NCBI GenBank assembly: GCA_045863855.1
Contig: BTVV01000002.1
Location: forward strand, 64,001 to 128,000
Origin: Planctomycetota bacterium
GTDB taxonomy: Bacteria; Planctomycetota; SZUA-567; H5-PLA8
Length of the DNA: 64,000 nucleotides
Direction: 5' to 3'
Shown here piece by piece: positions 28,502 to 36,767 of the stretch. Under the pieces are notes generated by a model. It was not told the DNA's origin. It was given only the letters and a program-made list of their open reading frames with translations, and ran no database searches. The position numbers and the translations under genes were made by a program. Within the stretch, counting starts at the first letter, position 1, and each line of letters starts with the position of its first letter.

Positions 28502-29479
28502 GTGAAGATCCAGCAGTTGGTGTTTCCCGATCAGCATCGTTGCGAAGTCGAAGAGACGGAGCTTTCCGAACGCCTGGGTCCGGGCGAGGTGCTGGTCAAG
28601 AACCGCGTCACGCTGGTGAGCGCCGGGACGGAACTGGCGATGTTCACGCGGACGCACCGCGGCTTCGACGAGCCGGATTTCGCGTACGCGAAGTATCCTT
28701 TCCGCCCCGGCTATGCGGCGGTGGGCGAGGTGGTCATCGGCGTCGGCGATATCAAGCCGGGGACGCGCGTCTTCCACGCCACCAAGCACGGCACGTACGC
28801 GAAGCTTTCGGCGCAGGATGTCATCGTGCTGCCGGAAGGGCTGGCGGACGAGCACGCGACGTTCTTCGGCCTCGCTCAGATTTCGATGACGTCTCCGCGC
28901 CTCGCGCCACCCAAGATGGGCGAGCATGTGGTGGTGATCGGGATGGGGCTGATCGGCAACCTGTGCGCGCAGTTGTACGCGCAGGGCGGCGCCGGGCGCG
29001 TGGGTTGCGCGGACTTGACGCCCTTCCGGCTCGAGAAGGCGCGCGCCTGCGGCCTGATCGAAGGGTTTAACACGCGCGAAAAGCCGCTCACCGAGTGGGT
29101 CAAGCAGTTCGGCCCGCGCGGGGCCGAGATCGTCGTCGAAGCCGTGGGCATCAACCCCACCATCGACGCGGCGCTCAAGTCGGTGGCCGACCGCGGTCTG
29201 GTGGTGCTGCTGGGCAGCCCGCGCAGCAAGATGGAGATCGATCCGTACTTCGATATCCACCGCAAAGGCATCGCGGTGATCGGCGCGCACGGGCGGAACG
29301 TCGATGCCGTGACGAGGCAGCAGGATCAGCCGCTGTTGCTGGAGTGGCTGAAGAACGGGAAGCTGCGCGTGGAGCCGCTGATCACGCAGCGCATGCCGTT
29401 TACGGAAGGCTTGAAGGCGTACGAGGGCCTGCGCGACCGGACGGATGAATATCTGGGCGTGATCCTGACGTATCCGTAG
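28502..29479 (+). CDS. MDR-superfamily dehydrogenase lacking canonical Zn ligands (BchC-like/sugar-acid dehydrogenase-like subgroup)
   Basis: 'VSAGTE', 'YPFRPGYAAVG', Rossmann 'VIGMGLIG', 'EPLITQR'. Confidence 0.88.
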   Translation: MKIQQLVFPDQHRCEVEETELSERLGPGEVLVKNRVTLVSAGTELAMFTRTHRGFDEPDFAYAKYPFRPGYAAVGEVVIGVGDIKPGTRVFHATKHGTYAKLSAQDVIVLPEGLADEHATFFGLAQISMTSPRLAPPKMGEHVVVIGMGLIGNLCAQLYAQGGAGRVGCADLTPFRLEKARACGLIEGFNTREKPLTEWVKQFGPRGAEIVVEAVGINPTIDAALKSVADRGLVVLLGSPRSKMEIDPYFDIHRKGIAVIGAHGRNVDAVTRQQDQPLLLEWLKNGKLRVEPLITQRMPFTEGLKAYEGLRDRTDEYLGVILTYP

Positions 29480-29508
29480 CGGATTCGGACTCGGTGCAGG
29501 GCGTTTAC

Positions 29509-29535
29509 CACGGAGAACGCGGAGCGCACGGAGTA
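29509..29535 (+). repeat. Nonamer tandem repeat C(A/G)CGGAGNN x3
   Basis: cacggagaa cgcggagcg cacggagta. Confidence 0.75.
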
Positions 29536-29632
29536 CGGGCTGGTATTCGATTGAAGGGCACGGCGAGCATCACTCGTATCGGTTCACGCGATGCAGGTGG
29601 TTCCTCATTCGCAGCGGCGAACGGTGTAAGCG

Positions 29633-30799
29633 TTATTTCTTTCTTGCCAAGACCAGATCGCGGAAGCGGCTGAACAGGTAGAAGCTGTCGTGCGGGCCGG
29701 GGCTGGCTTCGGGGTGGTACTGCACGCTGAAGGCGGGCAGTTCCTTGTGCCGCAGGCCCTCGACGGTGTTGTCGTTGAGGTTGATGTGGGTGACCTCGAC
29801 TTCGCGCGGTAGCTTTTTCGGATCGACGGCGAAGCCGTGGTTCTGGCTGGTGATCTCGACTTTCTGCGTGCTCTGGTCGAGCACGGGGTGATTCGCGCCG
29901 CGGTGGCCGAACTTGAGCTTGTAGGTTTGCGCGCCGAGCGCGAGGCCGAGCATCTGGTGGCCAAGGCAGATGCCGAAGACCGGCACCTTGCCCAGCAGGC
30001 CGCGGATCGTTTCGGGCGCTCCGGCCACGGCCGCGGGATCGCCGGGGCCGTTGGAGAGAAAGACGCCGTCGGGCTTGAGCTGGAGAATCTCGGCGGCGCT
30101 GGTGCGCGCCGGGACGACGGTCACTTCGGCGCCGACTTCGGCGAGGCAGCGCAGGATGTTCTGCTTGATGCCGAAATCGACGGCCACGCAGCGAAATTCG
30201 TTGGGCTTCGCGTGCAGCGTCGCCAGCGGACCGGCGGTCTCGGGGCGTTCGAATCCCTTCAGAAAGCCGCCTTCCCATCGGTAAGTCTTCTCGCAGCTTA
30301 CGTCGAAAGCCAGGTTGCGGCCTTCCATGCGCGGGCTGCTGCGGGCCTGTTCGATCAAGTCGGCGTCGGAGCGCTTGGCGCTGGCTTCGCTGCACGCCAG
30401 CAGTCCGCGCATCACGCCGCCGACGCGCAGCTTCTTGGTCAGCGCGCGGGTGTCGATGTCTTCAAGCCCCGGAACGCCTGCCTTTTCGAGGAACGAGCTG
30501 AGATCGTCGCCGGCGCGGTAGTTGCTTTTGAGCGCGGCCAGTTCGCGGACCAGGAAGCCTTCGACCCACGGCTTATGCGATTCGTTGTCGTCGGCGTTGA
30601 CGCCGTAGTTCCCGATCAGCGGATAGGTCATCGTCACGATCTGCCCCGTGTAGGACGGATCGGTGAGGATTTCCTGGTAGCCGGCCATGGAGGTGTTGAA
30701 AACGACTTCGCCGCAACGGTCGGTGCGCGCTCCGAAGGCTCGGCCGCGGTAGACCGTACCGTCTTCCAGCGCCAGCCGGGCGGGCGGCAGCGTGCGCAT
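29633..30799 (-). CDS. carA: Carbamoyl-phosphate synthase small (glutaminase) subunit
   Basis: 'LALEDGT', '[21 protein letters not shown]', 'LSNGPGDP', catalytic 'GICLGHQ', '[14 protein letters not shown]'. Confidence 0.99.
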   Translation of the reverse strand: MRTLPPARLALEDGTVYRGRAFGARTDRCGEVVFNTSMAGYQEILTDPSYTGQIVTMTYPLIGNYGVNADDNESHKPWVEGFLVRELAALKSNYRAGDDLSSFLEKAGVPGLEDIDTRALTKKLRVGGVMRGLLACSEASAKRSDADLIEQARSSPRMEGRNLAFDVSCEKTYRWEGGFLKGFERPETAGPLATLHAKPNEFRCVAVDFGIKQNILRCLAEVGAEVTVVPARTSAAEILQLKPDGVFLSNGPGDPAAVAGAPETIRGLLGKVPVFGICLGHQMLGLALGAQTYKLKFGHRGANHPVLDQSTQKVEITSQNHGFAVDPKKLPREVEVTHINLNDNTVEGLRHKELPAFSVQYHPEASPGPHDSFYLFSRFRDLVLARKK

Positions 30800-30958
30800 G
30801 CTCACGAAGTCGATTCCTTTCCGTGCGGGGTGCGGGCGCGCGACAACGGAGAGCGTTTTATCCGCGCGCGCGCGGCGGCGCAATCGCATGCGAAGCGTTC
30901 TTGCCCGCAGGCTCGGGCGCGTCAAGATAGGTGCATAGCCTTCGTCCAAGGAGCGCCC

Positions 30959-31993
30959 ATGGCCCGCTTGTACCTTTCGCCCTCCGAACTTCACGCGCGG
31001 ATGATGCAGGATCTGGAACTTCCGCTGGCGTACCGCAAGGGGCCGGTGCCGGCCTGGCAGCGCAAGCTGCGCCCGAAGCTGCGGGAACTGGTGGGCGCGT
31101 GGCCGGCGAAGCGAGCCCCGCTAAAGGTACGGTCGCTCTGGAAGCGCGAACACCCGCTGGGCCGGATCGAGAAGATCGCGTTCCAGGCCGAGCCGTACAG
31201 CGACGCGCTGGCGTACGTGTGCCTTCCGCGCGACGTCAAGCCGCCGTACACGTGGTTCGTCTGTCTGCAGGGGCATTCGACGGGGATGCATAATTCCATC
31301 GCGGTGGATCGCGAGGACGAATCGAAGCCGATCGAGATCCAAGGCGACCGGGACTTCGGCTTGGGTTGCATGAAGCGCGGGATCGCGGCGCTGTGCATCG
31401 AGCAGCGTTCGTTCGGACTGCGGCGCGAGCAGGTTCAGGAGCGCAAGGCGCAGCACGGCTGCCACGACGCGACGATGCACGCGCTGATGCTGGGCCGGAC
31501 GCTGATCGGCGAGCGCGTTTTCGACGTGGACCGCGGTCTGGATTATCTGGAAACGCGCGGCGACGTGGACTGGAAGAAAGTCGGCGTGATGGGCAACAGC
31601 GGCGGCGGGACGATCAGCGTCTTCGCTGCGGCGCTCTTGCCTCGGCTGAAGTTCTGCATGCCGTCCTGCTACTTCTGTACGTTCCGGGGCTCGATCATGT
31701 CGATCGGGCACTGCATGGACAACTACATCCCCAGCTTGCTGCTGTATGCCGAGATGCCGGATGTGATGGGCTTGTTCGCACCGAAGCCGGTGGTGGCGGT
31801 CGCGGGGCTGACCGACGAAATTTTCCCGGTTAAGGAGGTGCGTTCGGCCTTCAGAGACTTAAAGCGCATTTATAAAGCGGCCGGGGCGGAGCGGCACTGC
31901 CATCTGGTGATCGGTCCCGAAGGGCACCGCTTTTACGCGGATCTGGCTTGGCCGAAGATGCTGGCAGAACTAAACCGGGCGGGAAAAGATTGA
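30959..31993 (+). CDS. Alpha/beta hydrolase (Abhydrolase_7/acetylxylan-esterase-like)
   Basis: AAGGAG RBS; 'CLQGH', nucleophile 'GNSGGG', 'HCMDNYIP', 'DEIFP', 'GHRF'. Confidence 0.88.
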   Translation: MARLYLSPSELHARMMQDLELPLAYRKGPVPAWQRKLRPKLRELVGAWPAKRAPLKVRSLWKREHPLGRIEKIAFQAEPYSDALAYVCLPRDVKPPYTWFVCLQGHSTGMHNSIAVDREDESKPIEIQGDRDFGLGCMKRGIAALCIEQRSFGLRREQVQERKAQHGCHDATMHALMLGRTLIGERVFDVDRGLDYLETRGDVDWKKVGVMGNSGGGTISVFAAALLPRLKFCMPSCYFCTFRGSIMSIGHCMDNYIPSLLLYAEMPDVMGLFAPKPVVAVAGLTDEIFPVKEVRSAFRDLKRIYKAAGAERHCHLVIGPEGHRFYADLAWPKMLAELNRAGKD

Positions 31994-32058
31994 GTCGGCC
32001 CTCCGCGGAGGTAAGGTAAACGGCCTTGGAGCTGGCCCTGTTGAAGGAAGGATGGACC

Positions 32059-32547
32059 ATGTCGCACCGCGCCGCGCTGGTTGAAGCCCTGGAAGCCAAT
32101 CTTAACCGCACGCTGAGCTATTTCGATGCGCCGGCCGATGCGCTGGCGCGAGCGTATGCGCCGGGAAAGTGGACGCTGCAGGTATTGCTGGTGCATCTCA
32201 GCGATACCGAGGCCGTGTTTTTGGATCGCTTGCGGCGTATCGCGAGCGACGAAAAGCCGCTCTTGCTGGGCATGGACCCCGACCGCTGGGCGGCCGGTCT
32301 GGATTACAAGCGCCGCGATGTGAAGCTGGCGAAGCTGCAATACGAAGCCGCTCGCCGCGGGATCATCGAACTGGCCGTGAAGGCTTCGCCCGCACTGGAT
32401 GCCCGAAGCGCGCCGCATTCGGAAGGCGGCACGCGGACCTTCGCGCAAATCTTGAAGACCGCACTGGACCACGACGAGCATCACTTGGAGCAGGCGCAGG
32501 CGATATTGGACGGGAAGACGTGGGTGGCTACGAAGAGCGGGTATTAA
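32059..32547 (+). CDS. DinB/YfiT family metalloprotein
   Basis: 'YAPGKWT...LVHLSDTE', 'D.DRWA', 'HDEHHLEQ'. Confidence 0.9.
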   Translation: MSHRAALVEALEANLNRTLSYFDAPADALARAYAPGKWTLQVLLVHLSDTEAVFLDRLRRIASDEKPLLLGMDPDRWAAGLDYKRRDVKLAKLQYEAARRGIIELAVKASPALDARSAPHSEGGTRTFAQILKTALDHDEHHLEQAQAILDGKTWVATKSGY

Positions 32548-33166
32548 AGCTGGCGCCAGACTTGGCGCGCGCATTCCGCCCGCTGGCTCGATGCATCCGC
32601 CAGAACAGGTAGACACTTCCCGTCCAGCACGCCAGCATACAGAGCAATCCCGCCTGGCACGTCAGCCAGCCGATCAGCTTGGCTTGCCTGAGCACCCGCA
32701 GTTTGCCGAACAGATACAGCCAATCGTGCTGCGCGTCGCCGCCGCCGATGGTAACCAGCGGTAGCACCAGTTCGGTGGCGTCGGCCATGTAGACGCCGGT
32801 GTGGTAGCAGTTCGTCGCCAGCCACGCGAAGCAGAAGCAGATCGCGAAGTAGTCGCGTTGCCGGAAAAACATAATCATGCTGCCCAAGGGCGCGGCGAAC
32901 TGCAGGATCGTGCCGCCTGCCGCGCCAAGAAATGGGCCGAACCAGCTGAAGAGCGGATGGCCGGCTTCGTGGATCGGCAAGTTCAGGCTGTGCAGCAGAG
33001 TCCAGTAATGCGGATCCCAGAGCATGCGCAGACCGATGTAGATGCAGTACACGAACAGCGGCGCGCGCACGAGCCAACTGCGCCCACGGCACCAGTCCAG
33101 CGCATCGGCATGCACGAGGCCGGGGAATGTGCGGAGCCGTTCGATCCAGTTGGTGCCGCTCGCCAT
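32528..33166 (-). CDS. Membrane protein with HExxH motif (M50/M50B-like intramembrane metalloprotease candidate)
   Basis: 'NLPIHEAGH', 'GGT..Q', 'YMADA', 'HDW'; about 5 TM; GGAG RBS. Confidence 0.7.
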   Translation of the reverse strand: MASGTNWIERLRTFPGLVHADALDWCRGRSWLVRAPLFVYCIYIGLRMLWDPHYWTLLHSLNLPIHEAGHPLFSWFGPFLGAAGGTILQFAAPLGSMIMFFRQRDYFAICFCFAWLATNCYHTGVYMADATELVLPLVTIGGGDAQHDWLYLFGKLRVLRQAKLIGWLTCQAGLLCMLACWTGSVYLFWRMHRASGRNARAKSGASFNTRSS

Positions 33167-33270
33167 GTCCGCTCCGGGTCCCACCTATTGTTACCATAGC
33201 TTCAGATTCTTGACCCCGCTCTATCGGCGGGGGGCGAGCTTACATAGAAGCTCTAAGCGAGGATCCCCTC

Positions 33271-34422
33271 ATGTACCGTTACCTGCTGCTCGTGATGCTG
33301 CTTTGGCGGGGGGCTGCGGCTTACTCGAGTGAGGCGCAGGTCACCGCCCTGCGCGTGCCGGAGGGCGGGATTCAGCCGCAGGCCGCTGTGGATACTCAAG
33401 GCCGTGCCCACCTGGTGTACTTCAAAGGTGCGCCGGCGGCGGGCGATCTGTTCTACGTGATCTCTTCGGACGGCGGCTCGACTTGGTCGAAACCGCTTCG
33501 GATCAACCGGACGCCGAACAGCGCCATAGCCACCGGAACCATCCGCGGCGTGCACCTCGCGTTGGGCAAGAACAACCGCCCCCACGTGGCGTGGATGGGC
33601 AGCAAGGACGCTCAGCCGCGCGGACCGAACGGCGCGGCGCCGATGCTGTATACGCGGCTCGACGATGCCGGCACGGCTTTCGAATCCGAACGGAATGTGA
33701 TGCAGACGACGGACGGTTTGGACGGCGGCGGCAGCCTCGCGGCGGACCCGCTGGGACACGTATACGTGGTCTGGCACGGGAATGCGCCCGGGACCAGGGA
33801 CGAAGCGGCGCGGCAAGTCTTTGTGGCTGCCTCGCAGGACGAGGGCCAAACCTTCGGGCGCGAGACGCCGGCTTCGGCTCAAGCGACCGGCTGCTGTGCA
33901 TGCTGCGGGATGCGCGCCTTCTGCGATACGCAGGGCCGCTTGTACATCTTGTATCGCGCGGCGATCGAGAAGGTGAACCGCGACATGGTATTGCTGAGCG
34001 GGAAGGCCGGACAGTTCCCGCTGCAAGGCGCGATGTTGCATCCCTGGAAGGTGCCCGCTTGCGTGATGAGCACCGCATCGCTGGCGCCGCAGGCTTCCGG
34101 AGCGCTGGCCGCGTGGGAGACGCAGGGACAGATTCATTACGCGCGCATCGACGGGAGCACCGGGAAGAGCGGAGCCGTCGCGGCGGCGCCCGGCGACGCC
34201 GGCAAACGTAAGCATCCCGTGGCGGCGTCCGACAAGAACGGACTTACGCTGCTGGCCTGGACCGAAGGTACGGGTTGGAATCAAGGCGGCGCGGCTGCTT
34301 GGCAGCTTATCGACGCCCAAGGCCTCCCGGTTGGCGCTTTGGGGCGAGCCGAAGGCGTGCCGGTCTGGGGCCTGGTCGCGGTCTTTCCCCGCCCGAACGG
34401 GGGCTTTGCGATTATCTATTGA
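33271..34422 (+). CDS. Secreted BNR/Asp-box (sialidase-like) beta-propeller protein
   Basis: Signal peptide; Asp-boxes 'SSDGGSTWS' and 'SQDEGQTFG'; 'GCCACCG' cluster. Confidence 0.8.
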   Translation: MYRYLLLVMLLWRGAAAYSSEAQVTALRVPEGGIQPQAAVDTQGRAHLVYFKGAPAAGDLFYVISSDGGSTWSKPLRINRTPNSAIATGTIRGVHLALGKNNRPHVAWMGSKDAQPRGPNGAAPMLYTRLDDAGTAFESERNVMQTTDGLDGGGSLAADPLGHVYVVWHGNAPGTRDEAARQVFVAASQDEGQTFGRETPASAQATGCCACCGMRAFCDTQGRLYILYRAAIEKVNRDMVLLSGKAGQFPLQGAMLHPWKVPACVMSTASLAPQASGALAAWETQGQIHYARIDGSTGKSGAVAAAPGDAGKRKHPVAASDKNGLTLLAWTEGTGWNQGGAAAWQLIDAQGLPVGALGRAEGVPVWGLVAVFPRPNGGFAIIY

Positions 34423-34432
34423 TGCCGCGTCC

Positions 34433-35410
34433 CTAACTTAAGTGCTCGCCGGGGCGGGGGCGGATGTGGTGGCGGAGTTGCAGTTCCTTGGCGGCGTGTT
34501 CGAGGAAGGTGAGCAGTTGCGTGGCTTGGTCGGACTTCGCGTCCAGGGCCATGCGGTGGAACTGCTGCTTGAGGCCGACGAAATAACGATTGGCGTCGAG
34601 GAGCCGTTTGGCAAGCAGCCGCGCGACGAACCAGGCCACGTCCACATGAGCGTGGAATAGCTTCTCTGCGCTCTCGACCACTTGAAACGTGCAGGGCTCC
34701 AGTGCGCGGACGGACGCGGTATGCCCGGTACCGAGCAGCGCCGAGATCTCGCCGAAGAGCACGCCGCGATCCCAAACCATGAACAGCGGCGTTTCGTTCT
34801 TGAGCACCTCCACCGATCCGGTGCGCAGGATCAGCAGCTTTTCGTCTTTAACGCCCTGGCGCAGGATGGTTTCGCCGGGCAGGAACTGTTCGTATTTAAG
34901 CTGCACGTTCTCGAGCCCGATGGCTTCGTAATGCTGGCGCTCGAAGAGCTTCCAAGACTGGTGCCAGTACTCGGTAAAGCGTTCGAGCCCGCTGGCGTCT
35001 TCGGCGGCGGAAACATTCACGGCCTTGGAGCGGCGCATGAACTCCTGGCGCTGATCGGCGAGGAAGTTGCTGGTCTCGACCAGCCGCCACGCCAGCGTTT
35101 CGGCGACCTCGCGGCAGACTTCGGGTTCCTTGCGCAGGAAGCTTTTGACGTCGCTGACCACTTTGGCGCGCACGGGGGTAAACGCACGAGCCGTGGCCAT
35201 GTGCGGAAGCCCCATCAGCGCGCCGATCTCGCCAAGCAGCGCTCCGGCATCGCGCACCGAACAGATACGCTCGCCGCCTTTTACGATCTCCACTTCGCCT
35301 TCGGAAAGAATATAAAGCAGGTCGCTGCTCTCGCCCTCCTTGAGCAGTTCATGCCCCGCGGGAAAGGACTGGTCCTGAACCTCCGCCACCAGCTTGAGGA
35401 TCGTATCCAT
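34433..35410 (-). CDS. Tandem cyclic-nucleotide-binding-domain protein with no output domain
   Basis: Two cNMP barrels: 'FPAG..L.EGE....LYILSEGEVEI..GEIGAL' and 'FLPGETILRQG...L.ILRTGSVEV..FGEISAL', each with a C-helix. Confidence 0.9.
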   Translation of the reverse strand: MDTILKLVAEVQDQSFPAGHELLKEGESSDLLYILSEGEVEIVKGGERICSVRDAGALLGEIGALMGLPHMATARAFTPVRAKVVSDVKSFLRKEPEVCREVAETLAWRLVETSNFLADQRQEFMRRSKAVNVSAAEDASGLERFTEYWHQSWKLFERQHYEAIGLENVQLKYEQFLPGETILRQGVKDEKLLILRTGSVEVLKNETPLFMVWDRGVLFGEISALLGTGHTASVRALEPCTFQVVESAEKLFHAHVDVAWFVARLLAKRLLDANRYFVGLKQQFHRMALDAKSDQATQLLTFLEHAAKELQLRHHIRPRPGEHLS

Positions 35411-35491
35411 GCGCGTTCGCCTCGGTCCCGGGGATCCGGCAGGCCAAAGTGTCCGCAAACCGGCGCTCCCGTCAACCGAGTAGATCGCGGC

Positions 35492-36748
35492 TTACGGTAC
35501 AACCCGCGCTGCTCCGCCGGCGAGACATACGCTCTCGATGCGAAGTTCCTGTTCCTTTCCGGCCGCAAAGACCGGTTCAAGCACCAGCTCATGTATGCGC
35601 TCGGGGTCGAGCCCTGTTGCCACGAGGTGGCAGAGGTTTACGTTTCCGCCGAACTTGGCCGAGGAGGCATCGAACTCGGGGCCGTGGTCCCTATTTTGAA
35701 TGTACTCGCCGTCGATCCGGACACGATACGTTCCCGACGCGGAGGTTTTGGTGCCGAAGAGCAGGACGGTGGAAGCTTGAAATCGGAGCGTCCAAGGCGC
35801 AACAGAGGCCTTGGTCTGTTCTGCCGGACTTTCGGCGCCGGCGGTCACCTTTCCGGTATGCGCGCGCACTTCATCGTCCAGCCAGCGGCTCATGACGGAA
35901 TCGTGCCAGGCGGCCGTACGCAGCGGAGGCACGACCGCCCAGCCCGAGGGCTTGGGCTCGGCTAGGGCCAAGCGGTAACGCGTCCAAGTGAAGTACGTCG
36001 CGCCGTGAAGCGGGCGCTCGGGAAGCTTGCAAACACGTTCTTCTTTCACGCATCGGGCAAGCGCTTCGAAAGCGGCTTCGGCAAAGATCAGATACCCTTC
36101 GTCGCCCGGATGAGCGGGATCGAAAGGCCAAAGCTTCTGGAGCGTCGTCGCGCCGCTCTTGACGCGCCGGTAGACGCGCTCGACGGCATCGCCCGCGCAC
36201 GTTCCGTAAGCTTCGGCCAGCGCCAGGTGCGCTTCGCGGCGCTTCATGCGCGGGAACCGGGACTCGTCGATATCGTACTTAAAGGGGAAGATGACCGGCA
36301 GGACGGGGCAGCGAGCTGCGCCGATGGTGCGGCGGAGGATGGATTCGTACGCCGCGAGGGAGTCCACGTCCTCGCCTTCGATCCCGTCGTTGGCCGTGAA
36401 GTCCAGGAAAAGCAGGTCAGGCTTGTGGCGTAAAGCGTCCCGCTCGAGCCGGAAGACGCCGAGCAGCGAGCCGGTTCCGCCGATGGCGGCGTCGTGAAAT
36501 TCGAACCGTGCCTGCGGGTAGGTCTCGCGCAGCATGCGTGCGACTTGTGCGCGGTAAGAAGTGTACGCCTGATCGCTGGCGTTGGCGCCCCAGGTCAGCG
36601 AACCGCCGAGGAAGACGACGCTGAGGCGCTCGCCTGCCTGCGCGCGTTTGGCGAAGGCGGCAAAGCTGGCTTCGCCCGCGGAAAGCGCTGCCGCGGCACA
36701 CGAGACGCCCAGCATCAGCGGAATGGCATTCGAACGGTGCGGACGCAA
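35492..36748 (-). CDS. SGNH/GDSL hydrolase, secreted
   Basis: Block I 'FLGGSLT', block II 'AIGGTGS', block III 'DFTAND', block V 'DPAHP..EGY'. Confidence 0.9.
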   Translation of the reverse strand: MRPHRSNAIPLMLGVSCAAAALSAGEASFAAFAKRAQAGERLSVVFLGGSLTWGANASDQAYTSYRAQVARMLRETYPQARFEFHDAAIGGTGSLLGVFRLERDALRHKPDLLFLDFTANDGIEGEDVDSLAAYESILRRTIGAARCPVLPVIFPFKYDIDESRFPRMKRREAHLALAEAYGTCAGDAVERVYRRVKSGATTLQKLWPFDPAHPGDEGYLIFAEAAFEALARCVKEERVCKLPERPLHGATYFTWTRYRLALAEPKPSGWAVVPPLRTAAWHDSVMSRWLDDEVRAHTGKVTAGAESPAEQTKASVAPWTLRFQASTVLLFGTKTSASGTYRVRIDGEYIQNRDHGPEFDASSAKFGGNVNLCHLVATGLDPERIHELVLEPVFAAGKEQELRIESVCLAGGAARVVP

Positions 36749-36767
36749 AGCGGTTCTCCCGAACGGC

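Noticed and set aside
28502..29479. MDR lacking Zn ligands as a pseudogene
   Set aside because: The ORF is intact and the SxGTE/GY pattern is typical of a known MDR subgroup.
29633..30799. carA without adjacent carB
   Set aside because: Split carA/carB is common in many bacteria; not informative on its own.
29837..30958. Apparent 718-aa fusion ORF 29837..31993
   Set aside because: The N-terminal half is antisense to carA; the real hydrolase starts at ATG 30959 with an AAGGAG RBS.
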